Assembly (NCBI GenBank): GCA_964035545.1
Contig: OZ037769.1
Location: 9,700,433-9,764,432, forward strand
Direction of reading: 5' to 3'
Length of the DNA stretch: 64,000 nt
Source: Bugula neritina
Taxonomy: Eukaryota > Animalia > Bryozoa
Position 1 is the first letter of the stretch. Every line of letters starts with the position of its first letter. Below are positions 49,532 to 61,000 of this stretch, piece by piece. The notes below the pieces were generated by a model. It saw only the letters and a program-made list of their open reading frames with translations. It had not been told where the DNA came from and did no database searches. The position numbers and the translations under genes were made by a program.

Positions 49532-50078
49532 TGTCACAAAACTGTTGGTAGCAGTGTGACGAGTTCGAAAAGTCTGGTAGTCAGAAGTGTATAGACAAGT
49601 AGTATACAGCTTGCTAATCCAGTTGTGAATAAATAGAGTTGTGAATATAAGTATACTTTATTTCTCTAGTAAGATATGCACAGATGAATGTATTAAAATG
49701 AACTCCAAGAATGAACTTATAAAAAGGAACTCATTCGTAAACACAACTGCCTCAGTATTTATAGTAAACAAAACACTCTAGAACATTCTCAAGCATTCCA
49801 GTATAGAAGATTCTAGTAGAAAACATTCCCGCATGCCAATACTATTTATAGAAAATCAAAACAAAACAAAACATTGGAATTTCCATGGTTATTTCGCAAT
49901 TATTGCGCAACACCTTGTTTACATTGCTGGGCAGTAGTTAACATGACTAATGAAAACAATAACAATGAACAATGACCCATCTCTTTCATCAGTCTAGAAT
50001 ATTTATGAACATTCCTGTATAATCATTAGGAAAAACCCGGTAAGTTTATAGGTATATGTACACTCAGAATTTGTGACA
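49532..50078 (-). mobile_element. Solo LTR, 547 bp
   Basis: TG...CA termini with 9-bp inverted ends TGTCACAAA/TTTGTGACA. 5-bp TSD GTGAT (49527-49531, 50079-50083). On the minus strand, CTATAAATA (49851-49843, 49764-49756) precedes AATAAA (49662-49657). Confidence 0.85.
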
Positions 50079-53000
50079 GTGATTAAACATTGGATTTGAT
50101 GAACATTTTTTTCTTATTGTGTGATGCAACATGATAGTTACAAAGAAATTGCTGATCCCACTAAAACTGTAATGAAGGCATTATATTTCAACACTGACTG
50201 CATACAACATTGCTACCAACAAAATATTATCCATATATGAGGCTGTATTTTGCAAAAATAAGCATCGAGTCTGAGCTGCCATTTTCTTTCACCCAAAAAC
50301 CATTAATATCAGACTTTAACTTACAAAGCATAGTGGTATAGCACATGCATATACAATAGCACACCAAAAAAATATATTAAAGTGCTACACTTTATTGGTT
50401 ACCAAAGGTAGCTGCAGAAAGCACAGCAGACTATTATAATATTTTCTAAAAGAGATGCAAACAGTAAGCTTACACCTCCAGGACTATTTAGGATATCAAG
50501 TCCTTTATGGTTGATTGCTCTTTTAACCTGGATTCTAAGGATATAGCAATTAATTTAGTTTAGAGTTACTGCATTCTAGACAGTTGAAAATGGCCTTTCT
50601 TTCCAGGTGGCATGGCTAGGAAATAAGTAAATACTGTAGGAAGATCGCCATGTAGTAGAAATAGGTGTGCTCCGGAAGCACTATAGTGAAGTTTTAATGG
50701 CTGGCATATGGTATTGGATACTATAGCCCTCGGAATGTTTTTGTCATCTTCCTGCCTCAATGGTGGTTGATGATTACTTTGAGTGAGGAAAAACATGTAT
50801 TGAAAACTCATTAGTATAGCTTCAGAGCTAGGTGCAGATATTTGCTCGAACAATGACTTGAGACTGAGAAGCTCACGTTAAATATCACTTAAAAATGAAG
50901 CAAGCTGCTAACAAAATTACTTCATAGTTGAAAAAACTGGACTATATTGTCCTATGGCTGATGGCATTGCATTTGTGGGATAAACATGCTGTTTCACTAA
51001 GTAAATAATGTACAAAATAGTCATGATACCAAGTAACAGTGTAGACTAGCATGCTAAGCACTACAGGTTAAAGCTCATTTTTATATAAATCGTCTATGTT
51101 GTCTATTGCTAAAAGCTGTGCATTTTAACCCCTGCAAATAAATATGCAACCAAGTTAAAAAAATTACTGTTGTAATTTTTTTAAGTAAAATAATGGTGGG
51201 TACATAAGCTACTAATTTATGCTTAGCACATGCTTATACATGTGTTCGTCAGTGTGCTGTAAATATATGCTAGTGATGATAAATATGGTGCAGCACTGCC
51301 ATTACAGTGCGCTGACTGTGCTATGCTATTGCTACTGTTTTGCAATAGTAACAACAGTGTTTGATTTGCTGCACCTAAACAGTGTCTACCTTCGATGAAA
51401 TCACCTAAGTTATATAGCTGCCTATGGTTTATTACAAACCAAGCCAGAAAACTGGCATAGCAATATAAGCCAAAACAGATTTCGTAATACTAATAATTTC
51501 CCCATACACTGAAGTATTGTAGATGACTACAGCATGATCAGACTATAAAACTCAACCAAAAATGGGTGTGTACCAACTCTAAAATATCACCACTATAACT
51601 TATATAAAACTCTACATTTTCAAATGCAAATGAATTATTAGGCCAATCATATACAATCATTAGCTGGTCAGGTAGAGTCCAGCCAATCAGAATTGTATAA
51701 AGTTGCAGCCAGCCAGCGTGCTACTCATCTGCCAAAAACAACCAGCCCATTTACCACTATGTCAATGAAAATGTCATTAAATGTGTTTTGCCAAAACAGC
51801 TGGGGCTGTGGTCAATTTGCACCAGGGTATTTTTTTAAACTTGTACTTTTTATTTGCATTTTTTAAGCACTTGAATTAAACATTTTGAAAAATGAACTCA
51901 TGTTTCATAAATTTAAGATATGAAATAAAATAATGCATGTAATAAAAGTTGCACAGCTATTTCCTAGAAGTATGCATTTTGCATTTGAACTTGCAGAAGT
52001 TTATATAAGTTATAGTCGTGAGTATTCTAGAATTGGTACAAGGTAGTAAATGTACCAATCTTACATGGTCTATTGCAAGCATACCAGAATTGTATTACCA
52101 TGATATAAAAAGTTGCCTACATATATAGGTGCAATAGTAGAAAAGCTTAAACAGCCTAAATTTGTCAAAAGATGCTAATTTGAGAACAGGTTGAAATTCT
52201 CTCTAAACTTTTTTGCTGCATCTCAACATAGGGTCTAATTTATCAATATCCTCATCACTACTGCACATACCTCATACTTGGTATGCTCATGCACCTGGTA
52301 ATAAGATTACTTTTAAAATAAAGTTATGCAATTGCTACTCAATTGATTAAAAATTCCCTCCAAAGATTTTTTGTAGACTCTGAATTTTTTTAATATTTTG
52401 CATTAACAATACAATAAGCTTGGTTACAAATAATATATTATTAATATAATTTAGATTGCTGTACAGAACCACAAAATAATGTGCTTTGAAATCACACACA
52501 AAAGCTATAAAACTCAGTGGCTATTACCTCTCATTAGCATTATAAGGTGCTTGGGCTCTCATGCAAGCTGTTTTGGACTAAAAATATATAGGATATAAAC
52601 TATAGAGTATACACTTGAACGCCACTAGCTTGGAAGCTCTGCTTCCTAGTTAGACTTCAGAAATTGCTTCATTTTAGTACAACTAATTAATCTAGATTCA
52701 AAGTAGATTACACATTGTACAGGGTATCAGCTGTAGGCAGTACAACAACATTGCCATCACCAAGATTCCAACTACTATAGCTACTATAATATAATAACCA
52801 GTCTCATACCGCCTAATTATTTTACTGCAGAGGTGAACTTTAACCCTTTGGTTTAGCGCGCACAACATGACTAATGGGCCGCGTGAGCTCCCTGTAATCA
52901 TTATGATGGCTACGATGCAGCGCAGCTCTACCGTGTTCAGCCAAGCATGCAGATTAAGTGAGAAGCAAAATTTCTAATAAAACCAGTGTATAAATTACAT

Positions 53001-53381
53001 GTTTACACTTATTCTATTGAAGCTATGCAGAAAATTTAAAAAGGTTCCAATAGACAAATATCTTATCACTCCATAGGTCAATTTTCACAAAGATATATCA
53101 ATTAGGGATTGAATTATTTTTTGGGCACTGAGACCATGTTTTTTTGAGCAAAAATGGGCAAAATTTGGTAGTTTTTGGGGCATAAAAGTGCAACAGATGA
53201 CATAAATGAAAGTTTTAAAAAAGGTTCCAATAGAGCAGCAAGAGATATACAACATAGTTTTTGAATTTTGTTTCTAGACTCAAAATTGATTGAGTTATGA
53301 GTTGGGCACTGTTTCATATATAATTATAATGGAGCAATGAAATTACTGATTCAGTAGAAGGATGACCTTAATCAAGCTGTG

Positions 53382-56300
53382 TATACTGTAATATACAGTA
53401 ATGTACTGTAGAATATTGAAACATACTGAAACATACTGCAACATACTGAAACATACTGAGACATACTGAAACATACCGCAACAAACCGAAACATTCGGTA
53501 ACATACTGAAATATACTAGAACATACCGAAACATATTGCAACATGAAAAAATATACTGTAACACACTGAAATATACGGCAAAACACTGGATTATGTTGTA
53601 TCATACTGAAGCATACTGTAACATATTGAAATATAGTGCAACATACTGAAAAACACTGCAACATAGCGAAATACACTGCAACATTTTGAAATACACTGTA
53701 ATATTTTGAAATACACTGCAACACATTGAAAAATACTGCAACATACTGAAGTATACTGCGAGACATTGAAATATACTGCCACATAATGAAATATGCTGTA
53801 GCATACTGAAATACACTGCAACTCACTGAAATATAGTGCAATATACGGAAATGTACTGTAACATGCTGAAATATACTGTAACACACTGAAGTATACTGTA
53901 ATATACAGTAATGTACTGTAGAATATTGAAACATACTGAAACATACTGCAACATACTAAAACATACTGAGACATACTGAAACATACCGCAACAAACCGAA
54001 ATATTCGGTAACATACTGAAATATACTAGAACATACCGAAACATATTGCAACATGAAAAAATATACTGTAACACACTGAAATATACGGCAAAACACTGGA
54101 TTATGTTGTAACATACTGAAGCATACTGTAACATATTGAAATATACTGCAACATACTGAAAAACACTGCAACATACCGAAATACACTGCAACATTTTGAA
54201 ATACACTGTAATATTTTGAAATACACTGCAACACATTGAAAAATACTGCAACATACTGAAGTATACTGCGAGACATTGAAATATACTGCCACATAATGAA
54301 ATATGCTGTAGCATACTGAAATACACTGCAACACATTGAAGTATACTGTACTATACAGAAATGTACTGTAACATACTGAAACATTTGTCAACATACTGAA
54401 ATGTACTGCAACATGCTGAAATACACTGCACCACATTGAAATATACTGCAACATACCGAAATATATGGTAACCTACTGAAATATGTTGCAAACCACTGAA
54501 ACATACTGCGATATACTGCAACAAAATAAAATATACTGTAACACACTAAACGATACTGCAAAATGCTGAAATATACTGTAACATACTAAAACATACTGCA
54601 ACATTCTGAAATATACTGCAACATATCGAAGTATATAGTAATATACGAACATGTATTATAACATACCGAAACATACTGAAACATCCTGAAACATACTGAA
54701 ATATACTAGAACATACCGAAACATACTGCAACATAAAGAATTATAATGTAACACACTGAAATACACGGCAAAATACTGGATTATGTGGTAAAATACTGGA
54801 ACATACTGTAATGTATTGAAATATACTGCAACATACTGAAAAATACTGCAATATACTGCAAAATACTGAAACACACAGTAACATATGGAAATACACTGCA
54901 ACACAACGAAGTAAGCTGCAACATACCTAAATATACGGTAATATACTGAAAGATACTGTAACACATTGAAACACACGCATTATGGTGAAATACTCTGCAA
55001 CACACTGAAGTATACTGTAATATACAAAAATGTACTGTAAAATACTGAAACATACTGAAACATACCGCAACAAACCTAAATAATTGGTAACATACTGAGA
55101 TATACTGTAACACACCGAAATATACTGCAACGTACTGAAATACACTGTAAAAAACTGAAATATACTGCAACATACTGCAACATACTGAAATACACTGTAA
55201 CATACCGAAATACACTGCAACACATTAGAATAAACTGCAACATACCTAGATACACGGTAATACACTGAAAGATACTGTAACACATTGAAAAACACTGCAA
55301 AATACTGAAATATGCTGTAGCACACTGAAATACAGTGCAACTCACTGAAATATAGTGTAATATACGGAAATGTGCTGTTACATACTGAAGTTTACTGTAA
55401 CACACTGAAATATACTGCAACGTACTGAAATACACTGTAAAAAACTAGAATATATTGCAACATACTGCAACATACTGAAATACACTGTAAAATACTGAAA
55501 TACACTGCAACACATTAGAATAAACTGCAACATGCCTAGATATATGGTAACATCCTGAAAGATACTGTAACACATTGTAAAACACTGCAACGTACTGAAA
55601 TATCCTGTAGCACACTGAAATACACTGCAACTCACTGAAATATAGTGTGATATACGGAAATGTACTGTAACATACTGAAATATACTGTAACAAACTGAAG
55701 TATACTGTAATATACAGAAACATATCGCATCAAACCGAAAGATATGGTAATATACTGAAATAGGTTGCAAACCACTAAAATTTACTGCAACATACCGAAA
55801 AATACTGCAAATGTGCAACATGCTGAAATATACGGTAACATACTGAAATACACTGCAACATACCGCAACACACTGCAACATACTGAAATACACTGCAACA
55901 TATTCAAATACACTGCAACACATTGAAATATACCGCAACATACCGGAATATATTGTTACCTACTGAAAAACACTGTAACACATTGAAACATACCGCATTA
56001 TAGTGAAATACTCTGCAACACACTGAAGTATACTGTAATATACAGAATTGTATTGTAAAACACTGAAACATACAACAACATACTGAAATATACTGTAACA
56101 TATTGAATTACATTGGAACATACTGAATTATACTTCAACATACTGATAGATTTCTACAAATATTGAAACATACTGAAATACACTGTAACATATTGAAATA
56201 CACTGCAACACATTGGAATATACTGCAAAATACCGAAATATATGGTAACCTACTAAAATATGTTGCAAACTACTGAAATATACTGCAACATTCTGCAACA

Positions 56301-58018
56301 TACTAAAATATACTGCAAGATACGGCAACATACCGAAATACACTGTAACATACTGAAATACACTGCAACATACTGCAACATACTGAAATACACTGTAACA
56401 TTTTGAAATACACTGCAACACATTGAGATATAGTGCAACACACTGAAACATACGGCAACATACTAAAATATACTGCGAGACATTGAAATATACTGCAACA
56501 TAGTGAAATATGGGGTAGCATACTGAAATACACTGCAACACACTGGAGTATACTGTACTATACAGAAATGTACTGTAAAATACTGAAACATACAACAACA
56601 TACTGAAATATACTGCAACATATTGATTTACACTGCAACATACTGAATTATAATTGAACATACTGATAGATTTCTAAAGATACTGAAACATACTGAAATA
56701 CACTGTGAAATATTGAAACACACTGCAACACATTGGAATATACTGCAAAACACCGAAATATATGGTAACCTACTGAAATATGTTGCAAACTACTGAAATA
56801 TACTGCAACATACTGAAACATACTGAAACACACCGAAAAACAAACCGAAATATTTGGTAACATACTGAAATATACTGTAACATACTGAAACATACTGCAA
56901 CATACTGAGCTATACTGCAACATACTGAATTATACTGCAAGATACGACAACATACCTAAATACACTGTAACATACTGAAATACACTGCAACATACTGCAA
57001 CGTACTGCAACATACTGAAATACACTGTAACAATTTGAAATAAACTGCAACACTTTGAAATATACCGCAACACACTGAAACATACGGCAACATACCGAAA
57101 TATACTGCGAGACACTGAAATATACTGCAACATAGTGAAATATGCTGTAGCATACTGAAATACACTGCAACACACTGGAGTATACTGTACTGGACAGAAA
57201 TGTACTGTAACATACTGAAACATGCGTCAACATACTGAAAGGTACTGCAACACGCTGAATTACACTGCAACATACTGCAACATACTGAAATACGCTGTAA
57301 CATAATGAAATACACTGCAACATACTGCAACATACTGCAACATACTGAAATACACTGTAACAATTTGAAATAAACTGCAACACTTTGAAATATACCGCAA
57401 CACACTGAAACATACGGCAACATACCGAAATATACTGCGAGACACTGAAATATACTGCAACATAGTGAAATATGCTGTAGCATACTGAAATACACTGCAA
57501 CACACGGGAGTAAACTGTACTATACAGAAACGTACTGTAACATACTGAAACATACGTCAACATACTGAAATGTACTGCAACATGGTGAAATACACTGCAA
57601 CACATTGCAATATACTGCAACATACCGAAATATATGGTAATCTACTGAAATATGTTGCAAACCACTGATACATACTGCAATATACTGCAGCGAAATATAA
57701 TATACTGTAACACACTGAACGATACTGCAAAATGCTGAAATATACTGTAACATGCTAAAAAATACTGCAACATTCTGAAGTATACTGCAACATATCGAAG
57801 TATATCGTAATATACAAACATGTACTGTAACACACCGAAACATACTGAAACATCCTGAAATATCCTGAAACATACTAGAACATACCGGAACATATTGCAA
57901 CATAAAGAAATATACTGTAACACACTGAAATATACGGCAAAATACTGGATTATGTTGTAACATACTGAAACATTCTGTAACATATTGAAATATACTGCAA
58001 CATACTGAAAAATACTGC
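53382..58018. repeat. Sat-I 10-bp satellite, distal and more divergent block
   Basis: Resumes the interrupted 1990-bp unit in register up to ~54780. Beyond that, monomers are more divergent and only short duplications are evident (290 bp: 55131/55421; 330 bp: 57031/57361). Confidence 0.97.
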
Positions 58019-61000
58019 CTAAATGTGCTGAAAAGTGCTTAAATGTGCTAAAAAGGTCCTAAAAGTGCCTAAATGTGCTAAAAAGTGCTTAAAGGTGCCT
58101 AAAAGTGCTAAAAGTGCCTAAATGTGCTAAAAAGTGCCCAAATGTGCCTAAAGGTTCTAAAAGTGCCTAAATGTGCTAATAGTGCTTAAATGTGCCTAAA
58201 TGTGCTTAAAGTGCCTAAATAAGCCTAAATGTGCTAAAAGTGACTAAATGTGCCTAATTGCGTTAAAAGTGCCTAAATGTGCTAAAAAGGTCCTAAATGT
58301 GCTGAAAGTGCCCAAAAGTGCATAAATGTGCCTAAATGTGCTAAAAGTGCCTAAATGTGCTAGAAAGGGCCTAAATGTGCTAAAAAGTGCCTAAAAGTGC
58401 CTAAATGTGCTAAAATTGCCTAAAAGTGCCTAAATGTGCCTAAATGTGCCTGAATTACCTGAATGTGCTAAAAGTGCCTAAATGTGCCTAAATGTGCTAA
58501 AAGTGCCTAAATGTGCCTAAATGCGCTAAAGTGCCTAAATGTGCTAAAAGTGCTTAAATGTGCTAAAAAGTGCCCAAATGTGCTAAAAGTGCCTAAATGT
58601 GCCTAAATGTGCTAAAAGTGCCTAAAAGCGCCTAATAGTGCCTAAATGTGCTAAAAGTGCCTAAATGTGCTAAAAAGTGCCAAAATGTGCTAAAAGTGCC
58701 TAAGTGTGCCTAAATGCCCTAGAAGTGCCTAAATGTGCTAAAAAGGTCCTAAAGGTGCCTAAATGTGCTAAAAAGTGCTTGAATGTGCCTAAATGTGCTA
58801 AAAGTGCCTAAAATAATGTGCTAAAAAGTGCATATATGTGCCTAAATGTGCCAAAAGTGCCTAAATATGCTAAAAAGTGCCTAAAAGTGCCTAAATATGC
58901 CTAAATGTGCTACAAGTGCCTAAATTTGCTGAAAAATGCCTAAATGTGCCTAAATGTGGTAATAGTGCCTAAATGTGCTGAAAAGTGCCTAAAAGTGCCT
59001 AAATGTGCTAAAAGTGCCTAAAAGTGCCTAAATGTGCCTAAATATGCTAAAAAGTGCCTAAATGGCCTAAATGTGCTAAAAGTGCCTAAATGTGCTAAAA
59101 AGTGCCCATATGTGCCTAAATGGGCCAAAAGTGCCTAAATGTGCTAAAAAGTGCCTAAAAGTGCCTAAATATGCCTAAATGTGCTAAGTGCCTAAATTTG
59201 CTAAAAAATGCCTAAATGTGCCTAAATGTGCTAATAGTGCCTAAATGTGCTAAAAGTGCCTAAAAGTGCCTAAATGTGCCTAAATATGCTAAAAAGTGCG
59301 TAAATGTGCCTAAATGCGCTAGAAGTGCCTAAATGTGCTAAAAGTGCCTAAATGTGATAAAAAGTGCCCAAATGTGCTAAAAGTGCCTAAATGTGCCTAA
59401 ATGTGCTAAAAGTGCCTAAAAGCGCCTAATAGTGCCTAAATGTGCTAAAAAGTGCCAAAATGTGCTAAAAGTGCCTAAAAGTGCCTAAATGTGCCTAAAT
59501 ATGCTGAAAAGTGCCTAAATGGCCTAAATGTGCTAAAAGTGCCTAAATGTGCTAAAAAGTGCCCATATGTGCCTAAATGGGCCAAAAGTGCCTAAATGGG
59601 CTAAAAAGTGCATAAAAGTGCCTAAAAGTGCCTAAATGTGCCTAAATGTGCTAAAAAGTGCCTAAATGTGCTATAAGTGCCTAAATGTGCCTAAATGCGC
59701 TAGAACTGCCTAAATGTGCTAAAAAGGTCCTAAAAGTGCCTAAATGTGCTAAAAAGTGCTTGAATGTGCCTAAATGTGCTAAAAGTGCCTAAATGTGCTA
59801 AAAAGTGCATATATGTGCCTAAATGTGCCTAAATGTGCCTGAATGTGCCTGAATGTGCTAAAAGTGCCTAAATATGCTAAAAAGTGCATAAATGTGCCTA
59901 AATGTGTCAAAAGTGCCTAAATGTGCCTAAATGTGCCTAAATGTGCCTGAATTACCTGAATGTGCTAAAAGTGCCTAAATGTGCCTAAATGCGCTAAAAG
60001 TGCCTAAATGTGCCTAAATGCGCTAGAAGTGCCTAAATGTGCTAAAAAAGCCTAAATGTGCTAAAAAGTGCCCAAATGTGCTAAAAGTGCCTAAATGTGC
60101 CTAAATGTGCTAAAAGTGCCTAAAAGCGCCTAATAGTGCCTAAATGTGCTAAAAGTGCCTAAATGTGCTAAAAAGTGCCAAAATGTGCTAAAAGTGCCTA
60201 AGTGTGCCTAAATGCGCTAGAAGTGCCTAAATGTGCTAAAAAGGTCCTAAAGGTGCCTAAATGTGCTAAAAATGCCTAACTGTGCTGATAGTGCTTAAAT
60301 GTGCCTAAACGTGCTTAAAGTGCCTAAATGTGCTAAAAAGCGCCTAAGTGTACTAAAAAGTGCCTAAATGTGCCTAAATGTGCTAAAAGTGCCTAAATGT
60401 GCCTAAATGCGCCAAAAGTGCCTAAATGTGCTAAAAAGGGCCTAAAAGTGCCTAAATATGCCTAAATGTGCTAAAAAGTGCCTAAAAGTGCGTAAATGTG
60501 CCTAAATGTGCCAAAAGTGCCTAAATGTGCGAAAAAGTGCATATATGTGCCTAAATGTGCCAAAAGAGCCTAAATGTGCTAAAAAGTGCCTAAAAGTGCC
60601 TAAATATGCCTAAATGTGCTAAAAGTGCCTAAAAGTGCCTAGTAGTGCCTAAATGTGCCTAAATGTGCTAATAGTGCCTAAATGTGCTGAAAAGTGCCTA
60701 AAAGTGCCTAAATGTGCTAAAAGTGCCTAAAAGTGCCTAAATGTGCCTAAATATGCGAAAAAGTGCCTAAATGTGCCTAAATGTGCAAATAGTGCCTAAA
60801 TGTGCTAAAAAGTGCCTGAATGTGCTATAAGTGCCTAAATGTGCCTAAATGCGCTAAATGTGCTAAAAAGGTCCTAAAAGTGCCTAATTGTGCTAAAAAG
60901 TGCTTGAATGTGCCTAAATGTGCTAAAAGTGCCTAAATGTGCTAAAAAGTGCATTTATGTGCCTAAATGTGCCTAAATGTGCCTGAATGTGCCTGAATGT

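Larger units (their letters stand above)
47948..52071. mobile_element. 4124-bp fold-back/long-TIR element, ISL2EU-like (PIF/Harbinger-related)
   Basis: Arms 47948-48574 and 51445-52071 are 627-bp inverted repeats with about 8 mismatches by eye. Termini are AGACC...GGTCT, flanked by AT on both sides (reconstructed empty site CAATTG). An AT TSD in an A|AT|T context is described for ISL2EU. The family assignment rests only on the termini and TSD. Confidence 0.82.
43968..53381. mobile_element. 9414-bp composite non-autonomous TIR element (CACAG...CTGTG, TA TSD); CMC/EnSpm-like, Tc1/mariner not excluded
   Basis: Imperfect TIR: CACAGCATAGTTAAGGTCAACC vs the reverse complement of the right end, CACAGCTTGATTAAGGTCATCC (18/22). 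TA at 43966-43967 and 53382-53383. Removing the element restores TGAAGTATACTGTAAT, seen empty at 41971. The satellite offset across it is 11406 = 1990 + 9414 + 2. No transposase ORF seen. Confidence 0.9.

Noticed and set aside
47890-52080. 11-bp direct repeat CTATTGCAAGC at 47890-47900 and 52070-52080 as an alternative TSD
   Set aside because: The left copy is ~45 bp outside the arm and the right copy overlaps the terminus. The AT TSD fits the ends exactly.
44120-52930. hAT-like pair TAGGGCTGTGC (44120) / GCGCAGCTCTA (ending 52930) bracketing the cargo almost exactly
   Set aside because: Only 9/11 match and the 8-bp flanks differ (ACATTAGC vs CCGTGTTC). It could be an old nested hAT explaining the cargo, but it is unsupported without other copies.
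39207-53317. Short ORFs in the inserts (e.g. 39762-39986, 45176-45358, 47832-48062, 50566-50853, 52698-52901)
   Set aside because: They are under 100 aa, have no recognisable transposase, RT or other motif, and several cross element boundaries.
5-57983. Hundreds of minus-strand Cys/Tyr/Val-rich ORFs (60-383 aa)
   Set aside because: They are translations of the 10-bp satellite: all three frames overlap with the same low-complexity peptide and show no domain.
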